Assembly: GCA_965199495.1 (NCBI GenBank)
Contig: CBDASK010000003.1
Span: 2,624,001 to 2,688,000, forward strand
Direction of reading: 5' to 3'
DNA from: Abditibacterium sp.
GTDB taxonomy: Bacteria > Armatimonadota > Abditibacteriia > Abditibacteriales > Abditibacteriaceae
Length of the DNA: 64,000 nucleotides
Positions 21,475-30,460 of this stretch are shown here, piece after piece (within the stretch, counting starts at the first letter, position 1; each line of letters starts with the position of its first letter). The notes under the pieces are model-generated. The model worked only from the letters and a program-made list of their open reading frames with translations, made no database searches and was not told the DNA's origin. Position numbers and translations under genes: made by a program.

Positions 21475-22389
21475 TCACGACACCATAACGGGCGTCGCGC
21501 TTGTGCGCTGCGAATTCATCGCGTAAATCGTCGCGCCCAGAATAATCGCGCCACCGAATAAAGTGCGCGGGCCGGGAATTTCGTGGAGAATAATCGCGGC
21601 CAAAATCAGGCCGTAAATCACTTCCATGCCCGAATTGATGAGGCTCGCCAAGCGCGCCGAAACTCCGCGCATGCCGCGCAAGAACAGCAGTTGCGCGCCG
21701 CCGGTGAAAACGATGCCCAACCACGCCAACAACGTTAAATCGTGCGGCGTGACTTTGGGGCGCATTATCCAGACGGCGGGCAACAACAAGAGCGCGACGA
21801 TGCCCATCTGGTAAAACGTGATGATAAGCGGCGAATAGTGCGCGACTTGCTGGCGATTGAGTAAGGTCAAAAACGCCAGCGCCAGACCCGACGCCAAGCC
21901 CCACAAAATGCCCTGCGTTGCCGAATTATCCAAATTCCATGACGGCGTGGCTACAGCCACGCCGACCGTGACGATGATGGCGACGAGGACATTGCGCGCT
22001 TTGAGCGATTCGGCGGGGAAGAAAAGCGGCTCCAATAACGCGATGAGAACGGGCGCGGTTGAGAACGAAATCAAGCAAATCGCGACGTTCGAGACCTGAA
22101 TCGAAGTGAAAAACGCGATCCAGTGCGCGGCCAACAAAATTCCCAGTAATAAAAGCGGCCCGAAATCGCGGTGACGTTTTAATTTGACGTTGCGGCGCGA
22201 GAAAAACATCAGCAACGCGACGCCGACGAAAGCGAACGAGACGCGCCCAAACACGATGACGAGCGGCGAAAGCGAGAGCCATTTTCCAAACAATCCGGTG
22301 AAGCCGAACAGCAAAACCGCCAGATTGAGTTGCAGCAAACTTTGTTTATATGCGCCCGAAACGTGAATTTTCACGCTTCGTAGTCTCAC
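21475..22389 (-). CDS. EamA/DMT family transporter
   Basis: About 10 TM helices in two EamA repeats; start uncertain. Confidence 0.85.
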   Translation of the reverse strand: MRLRSVKIHVSGAYKQSLLQLNLAVLLFGFTGLFGKWLSLSPLVIVFGRVSFAFVGVALLMFFSRRNVKLKRHRDFGPLLLLGILLAAHWIAFFTSIQVSNVAICLISFSTAPVLIALLEPLFFPAESLKARNVLVAIIVTVGVAVATPSWNLDNSATQGILWGLASGLALAFLTLLNRQQVAHYSPLIITFYQMGIVALLLLPAVWIMRPKVTPHDLTLLAWLGIVFTGGAQLLFLRGMRGVSARLASLINSGMEVIYGLILAAIILHEIPGPRTLFGGAIILGATIYAMNSQRTSATPVMVS

Positions 22390-22468
22390 CTATCCGCGCT
22401 TTTTTGCCGCTTCCTGTCAAACTGAGGCGCGCCCGCACGCGTCTCGCGTTGTCAACCCTTTTTCTCTT

Positions 22469-23515
22469 ATGCGCCATTTATCAAAACCTCTTGTCGCCTC
22501 CGCCTTACTTTTGGCGCTGTCCACGCCAATTTGGGCGCAGACGGTGCCCGGTAAAACGACGCTCACTTACTCCAAACTGGAATATCGCAATAACATGGTG
22601 CATATTGAGGGTGAGCCGGGCAAACCGGCGCGCGTCAAATCGCCGGACATCGAAGTTTCGGCCAACACCATTGACATCGATAGAAAAGGCGATTCATTTA
22701 GCGAGATACGTGCGATCAAAAACGTGGTTTTGAAAGCCGATATCAAATCCGAAAAAGCGGGCGGTGAGACCGTTCACATCGAATCGAAGTCGGACAACGC
22801 GACTTTAATCAAAGCCAGTCGCACACTAATTTTGTCCGGCAATTTGTCGGGTTTTTATCGCGTCGGTTCTGGCCCGCAAACCATGCTTTCGGGCAATAAA
22901 GCGACATTCAATTACAGCGGCGACACTCTCGACGCTTTAATCGAAAGCGGCGCGGGTTCGCAGGTCGAATTGCTCTTGCCCGCCGAATCTGGCAAGGCCG
23001 ACGCGCTCGGCCCGGTGACGCTGCGCGCCGATTCGCTGCGCATTGACCAGAAAAATAACGCGGCCTATTTCGTTGGAAACGCGCGCGCGTTTTCGACGGG
23101 CGGCGCCAACAAAATTGATGTAACGGCGCCATCGTTCACCGTGCAACGCGCCGCCGACGGCACCATCGGTTTGCTCACGACCAAAGGAAAAACCGTTACC
23201 AAACTCGACGTGCCGCCCGACGTGGCTGCTGCGGGCGCCGATGCCAAAGGCGTGGGCAAACCGACGCATTTGGAAGTGACGGCAGATCAAGCTACCATCA
23301 ATCGCGCGACTTCGACCGGCGTTTTCGATGGCCATGTCATCGGATTTTACACGCTGCAAAGTGGCAATGCGCCGGGCCAGAAGTTCAACTTCAACGGCGA
23401 AATTGCAACTGTGACTTACGATGCGCAAGCCGCCAAAACCGGCGATGGCTTGAGTGTTGTTGTTACGGGCGCGCCCGTCGAAGTCGAAGTACCAAACTTT
23501 AATTTGAGTTTTTAG
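22469..23515 (+). CDS. LptA/OstA-like periplasmic beta-jellyroll protein
   Basis: Signal peptide, beta-rich repeats, directly upstream of lptB. Confidence 0.65.
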   Translation: MRHLSKPLVASALLLALSTPIWAQTVPGKTTLTYSKLEYRNNMVHIEGEPGKPARVKSPDIEVSANTIDIDRKGDSFSEIRAIKNVVLKADIKSEKAGGETVHIESKSDNATLIKASRTLILSGNLSGFYRVGSGPQTMLSGNKATFNYSGDTLDALIESGAGSQVELLLPAESGKADALGPVTLRADSLRIDQKNNAAYFVGNARAFSTGGANKIDVTAPSFTVQRAADGTIGLLTTKGKTVTKLDVPPDVAAAGADAKGVGKPTHLEVTADQATINRATSTGVFDGHVIGFYTLQSGNAPGQKFNFNGEIATVTYDAQAAKTGDGLSVVVTGAPVEVEVPNFNLSF

Positions 23516-23519
23516 CTTC

Positions 23520-23615
23520 GTAGAGACACCGACTTGTCGTGTCTAAAAACGTCGGAGTTGTTTTATGCTCAAGCAATTTCTACCTTCATTAGACACGACA
23601 AGTCGGTGTCTCTAC
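23520..23615. repeat. GTAG-type REP doublet (REPIN), family C
   Basis: 27-bp perfect inverted arms GTAGAGACACCGACTTGTCGTGTCTAA. Confidence 0.9.
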
Positions 23616-23625
23616 ATATTTCCCT

Positions 23626-24381
23626 ATGACACTTCAAGGCCCACAAAACATTGTCGCCACCGATTTATTCAAGAAATACGGCGAGCGCACCGTTGTCGAA
23701 AAATTCTCGACGACCGTGGCGCGCGGCGAAATCGTCGGTTTGCTGGGGCCAAATGGCGCGGGCAAAACCACGTCGTTCTATATGATTATGGGTTTGGTCA
23801 AGCCCGATAGCGGGAGGGTGAAACTGGACGAAACCGACATCACGCGCTGGCCGATGCACCAACGCGCGCGCGCGGGCGTCGGCTATCTGGCGCAAGATGC
23901 GTCGGTATTTCGCAAACTCACCGTCGAAGAAAATCTGCTGGCGATTTTGCAACTAATGCCGCTTTCCAAAGCCGAACGTCGCGAACGCTGCGAAAAATTG
24001 TTGGAAGAATTTGAACTGACGGCGCGCCGTCACGCGGTCGGCGCGGCTCTGTCGGGCGGCGAACGGCGGCGGACGGAAATCGCGCGCGCGTTGGCGGCTG
24101 ACCCGCATTTTATTTTGTTGGACGAACCGTTTTCCGGCATTGACCCGCGTCAGGTTCAGGAAATTCAGAGCATCGTGAAGAGTTTGAAAGAGCGCGGCAT
24201 CGGCATTTTGATTACCGATCACGATGTCGAAGATACTTTGGCCGTGATTGATCGGGGCATGATTTTGCATAACGGGCGCATCGAATTTGAGGGCACGCCC
24301 GCCGAACTGCTCGCCAACCCGCGCGCGCGCGATATCTACTTTGGAGACCGCATTGGCCGTCGCGACCAAAACCAAAACTAA
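23626..24381 (+). CDS. lptB: LPS export ABC transporter ATPase
   Basis: GLLGPNGAGKTT, GYLAQDASVFRKL, LSGGERRRTEIARAL, LLDEPFSGIDP, ITDH. Confidence 0.95.
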   Translation: MTLQGPQNIVATDLFKKYGERTVVEKFSTTVARGEIVGLLGPNGAGKTTSFYMIMGLVKPDSGRVKLDETDITRWPMHQRARAGVGYLAQDASVFRKLTVEENLLAILQLMPLSKAERRERCEKLLEEFELTARRHAVGAALSGGERRRTEIARALAADPHFILLDEPFSGIDPRQVQEIQSIVKSLKERGIGILITDHDVEDTLAVIDRGMILHNGRIEFEGTPAELLANPRARDIYFGDRIGRRDQNQN

Positions 24382-25606
24382 GTTGTCCCAACCAACAGCC
24401 ACGCCGCCCGAACAGAAATTTCGGCGTTCGCGCGCCAAGTTGTTGCCGCTCGCCGATGGCTTCGTCGTCGGCTCGATTGCGGGCGCGACTTTGCGTTCCA
24501 TCGGCTGGTTCGCCGGACTGTTTCTGGCGTTCGCGTTCGTGCAGGCCGCGCGCACCGTCGCAGTTTCGGACGTGCCGATGATCATCGCGCTGCAAAGTCT
24601 GGCGCTGCAACTGCCGCGCATCGTTTTGTTCACCATTCCAGCGTCGCTACTTTATGGCACCGTCGCGACGTTTAGCGAAATGTCGAGCCGGGGCGAAGTG
24701 ACCGCTTTAATGTGCGGAGGCATGAGTTTGCGCCGTATGTTGCGCTGGCCGCTCGTTTTCGCGGTCGGGCTGACGTTTTTGGCGTTCTGGCTGCAAGAAG
24801 TCGTCGTGCCCGCCTTTGAACTGCGCAAGAGCAATTTGACCGCGCAGGTCGCCGTGGCTGTTTTGCAAAACCAGAAGTTCAAGCCGTTAGTGGATTATCG
24901 CGACGACGGTTCGCTCGAACGCATCGTGCAGGCCGAAAAATTCGATATTAAAAATAAAACCGTCATCAATCCGGTGATTCAATTGTTTCGGCCCGATGGC
25001 ACCATCGAAACCGAAATTAAAGCGCAGAGCGGCGCGTGGGATCCGGTCGCAAAAGCGTGGAGCTTCACCGATGGCAGCATGCGCACTCCGCGCGAGAAAG
25101 GTTCGACGGCGACGGTGCTGAACGAATATGGCAAGTTCACCGTGCCGACCGATCAGATGCCCGCGCCCGATGGGTTTGACCAAGGCGAAAAATCGGCGCG
25201 CGACCAACTGGCCAAACAAAACTACGAAATGGTTTCGTGGCGCCAATTGTCGGCGTTTCGCGCCGAAGAGGTCGCGCGTCTGCCCGCCGTGGCTGGTAGC
25301 GAACAGAAGCAATTGAAGAAAGAGATTCGCCGCGAAACCTACGGCATCCACGATAAATTCGCGACGCCTCTGGTTGTCATCGCGATGTTGATTATCGGCG
25401 CGCCTTTGGGCGTGCGTCCGCAACGCACGGCGTCGGCGGGTTTGGCGATGGGCATTTCGCTCGTCGTGATTTTGGGTTATTACTTGTTGTGGACGTTTTG
25501 CACGCAGTGGGGCAAAGGCGGCGGTCAATGGCCAATTTTCGCGGCGTATTTGCCCGTCGGCGTGTTCGCGATGATCGGCGTAATTTTATTGGTTCGCAAA
25601 CGTTAA
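24341..25606 (+). CDS. LptF/LptG family permease
   Basis: 3 TM + periplasmic domain + 3 TM; GEVTALMCGGMS; start uncertain (TTG overlapping lptB). Confidence 0.85.
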   Translation: METALAVATKTKTKLSQPTATPPEQKFRRSRAKLLPLADGFVVGSIAGATLRSIGWFAGLFLAFAFVQAARTVAVSDVPMIIALQSLALQLPRIVLFTIPASLLYGTVATFSEMSSRGEVTALMCGGMSLRRMLRWPLVFAVGLTFLAFWLQEVVVPAFELRKSNLTAQVAVAVLQNQKFKPLVDYRDDGSLERIVQAEKFDIKNKTVINPVIQLFRPDGTIETEIKAQSGAWDPVAKAWSFTDGSMRTPREKGSTATVLNEYGKFTVPTDQMPAPDGFDQGEKSARDQLAKQNYEMVSWRQLSAFRAEEVARLPAVAGSEQKQLKKEIRRETYGIHDKFATPLVVIAMLIIGAPLGVRPQRTASAGLAMGISLVVILGYYLLWTFCTQWGKGGGQWPIFAAYLPVGVFAMIGVILLVRKR

Positions 25607-25683
25607 TTATCCCTGCGCGCCCGACTTATTGGCAAACGTCGCGCGTTTTGGCGCGTCTTTAATCTGGCTTTTACGCCCCTCTC

Positions 25684-27378
25684 ATGCTCACAATTTTTGT
25701 GCTTTTCGTCGGCTTAACTTTGGCCACGGCGGTCATCGCCTACTGGTCGGATAATCTGGGCAAAAAACTGGGCAAAAAACGCGTTTCGCTGTGGGGCATG
25801 AGGCCGCGCACGACGGCGACGTTTCTCACTATCGCGTCGAGCTGGCTGATTATGCTGTTCACATTGGGCGTGATGTTAGGTATTTTCCCGCCGCTACGTC
25901 ACGCGCTGTTGCGCTTCGATGAAGTCAAAGCGCAGGAACAGGGATTGCGCAAATCAACGACGAAGCTGAGCAGACAACTGATCGAATTGCAATCGCAATC
26001 ACAATTGCTCCGAGATCAGGTTTCTTCGGTAGCGGGCACGTTGGCGAATGTGCGAGGTCAGTTATCGCAATCGCGCGCGGCGGCAACACAGGCGCGCCAA
26101 GCCCGCGACGAAGCGCAGAAAGCCGCCGACGAAGCGCGCAAAAACGCGACTGCGGCGCAAAACCGTCAGCGAAAAGCGGTTGAGCGTGAACAAGCGGCGC
26201 GCGATAATTTGGGTAAAGTCATCGGTCAACTCAGTGCCACCAAACAGCAACGCGAAACGGCGCAGCAGCAACTACGCGCGGCGCAAACCGAATTAGAGAA
26301 AGCCAACGCCGACGTTCAAAGTGCCAATGCCCGCGTGAAAATCGCAACTGGCAAAGTGGCGAAAGCCCAGAATGATTTAGCGACGGCTCAGCGAAGTGAG
26401 AAAATCTCTAAATCCAATGCAGAGCGAGCCGATGCGCGTGCAATTGATGCAAATCAGAAGCGAATCGAGGCCGATGCAGGCGCTCTTGTATCTTTCGGAG
26501 AGAGAATTAAAGCCCAAGCCGAAGTCATTCAGGCAAAGAAAAAAGTAGACGAATTGGAAGAGCAAAGCAAAAAACTCATAGAAGACAATAAAACGCTGTT
26601 GACGGAAAATGACAACTTGATCGATGCTCTGCTTTTAAGCGATGTGCGCGTGCCCGTTGGAACCGTTTTGGCCGCCCAGAATTTTGCGCAGGGCACTTCG
26701 TTTTATCAGGCGAAAGACGATTTGAATGCGCTTTTTGCGCGCGCCGACGAAATCGTGAGCGGCTACAAAGACAATGATAAAAATGTTCCGCCGTTGTTGC
26801 CGGGCGCGAAATTAACGCTATCGCCTCGTTTGGTGCCCGCGCCCGACCTTGATGAGAGCGAGACGCAACAGTTCGTTTCCGTCGAGGGCGAAGAAATTTA
26901 TAACGGTCTGGCAGAAGCGATTTCGCGCAGCCAAAACCCGCTTTCGGTGCGGCTCGTCTCCGAGCGCAATCATTTGCTGGGCGACAGCACATTGTCGGTT
27001 CGCTTTGTTGTCGTGCCCATTCGCTCGGCGTTGCCCGCCAATGAATTGTTGGTGAGCGCGCGCATTGACGGCGCGGCGAACGACGCCAGAATATTCAAAA
27101 ATTTGACGGATTTGGCCGATGCCGCGCGCGATATCGCGACACAACAAGGCGTGGCGCCGCCTTTGTGGCGCGACTCGCGCAACTTCTACGCGCCCGGCTC
27201 TAATGAACAAGTCTTCGATACTTTGCGCGAAATCAAAGCGGTTAACGGCCCGGCGCGCGTGCGCATCATCACCGCGCGCCCCATCTCGACTGCCGATTTA
27301 TTGAGTGTTCGTTTTGAAGTCGAACCGTTGAGTTCGGTGACAACACAAGCCACGGCGCGCATGGCGCCTCGCAAATGA
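25684..27378 (+). CDS. DUF3084-type coiled-coil membrane protein
   Basis: IAY..D.LG.K.GKKRVSLWG.RPR.TA N-terminus followed by long coiled coil. Confidence 0.85.
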   Translation: MLTIFVLFVGLTLATAVIAYWSDNLGKKLGKKRVSLWGMRPRTTATFLTIASSWLIMLFTLGVMLGIFPPLRHALLRFDEVKAQEQGLRKSTTKLSRQLIELQSQSQLLRDQVSSVAGTLANVRGQLSQSRAAATQARQARDEAQKAADEARKNATAAQNRQRKAVEREQAARDNLGKVIGQLSATKQQRETAQQQLRAAQTELEKANADVQSANARVKIATGKVAKAQNDLATAQRSEKISKSNAERADARAIDANQKRIEADAGALVSFGERIKAQAEVIQAKKKVDELEEQSKKLIEDNKTLLTENDNLIDALLLSDVRVPVGTVLAAQNFAQGTSFYQAKDDLNALFARADEIVSGYKDNDKNVPPLLPGAKLTLSPRLVPAPDLDESETQQFVSVEGEEIYNGLAEAISRSQNPLSVRLVSERNHLLGDSTLSVRFVVVPIRSALPANELLVSARIDGAANDARIFKNLTDLADAARDIATQQGVAPPLWRDSRNFYAPGSNEQVFDTLREIKAVNGPARVRIITARPISTADLLSVRFEVEPLSSVTTQATARMAPRK

Positions 27379-27767
27379 ACGTTTTAGGCATCGATCCGGG
27401 ACGCCGCAAGACCGGCGTGGCTGCACTCAACGCGCGGGGCGAAATTCTGTGGCGCGAAATCATCGCGCCCAATACGCTCCAAGCGCGTTTGCCCGATTTA
27501 ATCAATCAATGGCAAATCGAACGCATCGCACTGGGCGATTCGACGGCTTCGGACGACGCGCGCGCCCAAATCGAACGCGCGATTGTTGATTTGATAATTG
27601 AACTTCGGGTTGTAGACGAAACCGGTTCGACATTGGAAGCGCGCGCGCTTTACTGGGCCGATAATCCGCGCGCGGGTTGGCGCAAGTGGGTGCCGCTTTC
27701 GTTGCAAGAGCCGCCAACACCGATTGACGATTATGCCGCCGCCATCGTCGCGCGGCGCGGATTATGA
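27375..27767 (+). CDS. YqgF/RuvX-like RNase H-fold nuclease
   Basis: VLGIDPG..KTG.A, VDE..STLEAR, DD.AA; ATGA overlap. Confidence 0.85.
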   Translation: MNVLGIDPGRRKTGVAALNARGEILWREIIAPNTLQARLPDLINQWQIERIALGDSTASDDARAQIERAIVDLIIELRVVDETGSTLEARALYWADNPRAGWRKWVPLSLQEPPTPIDDYAAAIVARRGL

Positions 27768-27858
27768 AACAGCAAAACCAGAATTGGGCCGTTTCGTAAT
27801 TTTCCCGAAACACACTGCGCCCACTCAGTCAATTAAAATAATAGAGGCTCGATTTTCT

Positions 27859-29322
27859 ATGAACATTCTCGCTTCTACTTCTTCCGCGCTCGATTTTTCG
27901 ACGCCCTGTCTGCTCGTTCCGATTTGGAGCGATGCGCCGCTTTCCGGTTTCGCCGCCGACCTCAACGAATTGCTCGACGGTCTGATTTCCGACATCGTCG
28001 AAAACGATGGTTTCAAAGCCAAAGTCGGCGACACGCGCACGCTTTATACATCCGGCAAATCCGCCGCGCGCGTGGTTTTGTTTGGTTTGGGCAAACAAGA
28101 CAAGTTCAGCGACGAGCATTTGCGTAAAGCTCTCAGCAAAGCCGCGCGAGTGGCGCGCGGCCTCAAGAAAACGCAAATCGCCGTCGCTTTGGGCGACTTG
28201 AATGCGCAAGCCGCGACCGAGGCGCTGGTTTTGGGATTGGCGCGTTTTTCCGAGTTTAAAGAAGACAAAGACGCCACCGAAATCGAGACCGTGACTTTGC
28301 TGACCGATGATGCAGCCACGGCGGGCGCGGCCATCGAGCGCGGGCAGATTATCGCCGCCGCGACGCTGAAATGTCGGCATTTGGTGAATTTGCCGTCGAA
28401 TAAAAAATCGCCCGAATTTTTGGCGCAAACCGCGCGCGAAATCGGCGAATCGGGCGCCGTCAAAGTCACCGTTTGGGACGAAGATAAAATTCAAGAAGAA
28501 AAGATGGGCGCGCTTTACGCCGTCGGCATGGGCAGCGATAATCCGTCGCGTTTCATCGTGATGGAATACGCGCCAGAGGGAACCGAAAACGAGGCGCCGA
28601 TTTGTCTGGTGGGCAAGGGCATCACTTTCGATTCGGGCGGTTATTCGATTAAATCGGCAGCCGGAATGGAAGATATGAAAGGCGATATGGGCGGCGCGGG
28701 CATCGTTATCGCCTCGATGTCGGCCCTCGAAAAATTGGGCGTCAAAAAGCGCGTTTTTGGTATTGTCGCGTCGGCGGAAAATATGGTTTCGGGCGGCGCA
28801 CAACGCCCCGGCGACATCATCACCGCGCGCGACGGCACGACTATCGAAGTTTTGAACACCGATGCCGAAGGTCGTTTGGTTTTGGCCGATGCCTTGGTGT
28901 GGGCGAGCGAACAGAAGCCCGCCGCGATTGTGGATTTTGCCACGCTGACCGGCGCAATCGTCGTTGCGCTGGGCCAAGAAGGCGCCGGTTTGTTTTCCAA
29001 CGATGACGATTTGAGCGCGCAATTGACGCAAAGCGGCCTCACTTCGGGCGAACTGATCTGGCGTTTGCCGCTGTGGGAAGGTTTGGACGATTCGATGAAA
29101 GGTAAAATCTCCGATTTGAGAAACATCAGCGGCGACCGTTACGCGGGCAGCATCACGGCGGCGATTTTCCTGCGCCATTTCGTGGGCGAAGATATTCCGT
29201 GGGCGCACCTCGATGTGGCTGCTGTTGACCAGGTGAAATCGGAGAAACATCTGACGACCTTCGGCGCCACCGGTTTTGGCGTGCGTTTGGTGTTGGATTA
29301 TTTGTCGAAAGCTAATGCTTAA
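27859..29322 (+). CDS. pepA: Leucyl aminopeptidase (M17)
   Basis: VGKGITFDSGG, MKGDMGG, NTDAEGRL, ATLTGA, WAHLD. Confidence 0.95.
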   Translation: MNILASTSSALDFSTPCLLVPIWSDAPLSGFAADLNELLDGLISDIVENDGFKAKVGDTRTLYTSGKSAARVVLFGLGKQDKFSDEHLRKALSKAARVARGLKKTQIAVALGDLNAQAATEALVLGLARFSEFKEDKDATEIETVTLLTDDAATAGAAIERGQIIAAATLKCRHLVNLPSNKKSPEFLAQTAREIGESGAVKVTVWDEDKIQEEKMGALYAVGMGSDNPSRFIVMEYAPEGTENEAPICLVGKGITFDSGGYSIKSAAGMEDMKGDMGGAGIVIASMSALEKLGVKKRVFGIVASAENMVSGGAQRPGDIITARDGTTIEVLNTDAEGRLVLADALVWASEQKPAAIVDFATLTGAIVVALGQEGAGLFSNDDDLSAQLTQSGLTSGELIWRLPLWEGLDDSMKGKISDLRNISGDRYAGSITAAIFLRHFVGEDIPWAHLDVAAVDQVKSEKHLTTFGATGFGVRLVLDYLSKANA

Positions 29323-29330
29323 ATTGGTGG

Positions 29331-29504
29331 GATTATAACTCACACCCCCTCTGTCCTTCGGACATCTCCCCCTCCGAAAGGGGGAGAATGCGCTTTTACT
29401 GTTCATTACTCGCGTAAGTTCTGGCGATGTCAAGGGTAAAGCCGCATTCTCCCCCTTTCGGAGGGGGAGATGTCCGAAGGACAGAGGGGGTGTGAGTTAT
29501 AATC
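29331..29504. repeat. REPIN-like palindrome, family A variant
   Basis: 62-bp perfect inverted arms (29331-29392 / 29443-29504). Confidence 0.9.
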
Positions 29505-29535
29505 GCGACAATCTCCTTCTAAAACCCCAAAAATT

Positions 29536-30405
29536 ATGCGCTCTTACTGGGATGAAGACCTCGCGATTCTATCCGCCGAAAACGTTTCGTTTTCGTTGGA
29601 AACCGCCGGACTCGGCTCGCGTCTGGCGGCGCTGTCCATTGATACCGCCATTCAACTTTTAGTCGCGTTTTTGGGCACGATAACGGTTCTCGGTCTGGAA
29701 AGTTATCTGAGTCTGTCGAGCTATGTGCCGCCCTTTTTGGAATCGGTCGGCGATGCGGTTTTGATCATATTGGGATTTTTGCTGTTTTTCGGCTACTACT
29801 TTTTCTTCGAGTGGTTGTGGGAAGGCCAGACTCCCGGCAAACGTTGGTTCGGTCTGCGCGTGACGATGACCGATGGTTTGCCGCTTTCGCTGTGGCCCGC
29901 GATGATTCGTAATATCGTGCGATTAGTAGATTTCCTGCCGGTGGGCTACGGTTTTGGCGCCGTCGTTTGTCTGGCCAGCGAACTCAACCAGCGCGGCGGC
30001 GACTTGGCGGCGGGCACGGTTGTTGTCGTCGAGGGCAAGCGCGAGAAAGCACGCAAAAAAGTCACCATGCGCGAAGCCGTTGACAGCTTTTTGCAAGCCG
30101 CCACAACCGTGCCGGGGATGGAGCAGGCCACGCCGTATCAGGACGAAGAGTTGCAAATCGAAGCCGCGCGCACCGTTGACCCCGAAGCGATTGCCCTCGC
30201 GCAAACGCTCAACCGCGAAGATTACGAACTGGCCCGCGACTTTTTGGTGCGCCGCGAAAATTTACCGGTCGTCGCGCGCCAACGTCTGGCGAAATCGCTG
30301 GCCGCGCGTTTGGCGACCAAGATGAAAGTCGAAACGCCGACAATTGAAGTCGAAACGTTCATTGCCGATGTCGTCGCCACGCTGACGCGGGCGTATGCGG
30401 GCTGA
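29536..30405 (+). CDS. RDD family protein
   Basis: AGLGSRLAA..ID, GQTPGKR..GLRV, RN..R..D, QR.GD.AAGT.VV. Confidence 0.9.
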   Translation: MRSYWDEDLAILSAENVSFSLETAGLGSRLAALSIDTAIQLLVAFLGTITVLGLESYLSLSSYVPPFLESVGDAVLIILGFLLFFGYYFFFEWLWEGQTPGKRWFGLRVTMTDGLPLSLWPAMIRNIVRLVDFLPVGYGFGAVVCLASELNQRGGDLAAGTVVVVEGKREKARKKVTMREAVDSFLQAATTVPGMEQATPYQDEELQIEAARTVDPEAIALAQTLNREDYELARDFLVRRENLPVVARQRLAKSLAARLATKMKVETPTIEVETFIADVVATLTRAYAG

Positions 30406-30460
30406 GTTTTGATTTTCAGAGCGGGCGAATTGCCGCCACATTTAATTCCCCAAACCGTTC

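Noticed and set aside
27829..29433. 534-aa ORF antisense to pepA, and similar long antisense ORFs opposite other genes
   Set aside because: Codon-bias shadows of well-supported genes
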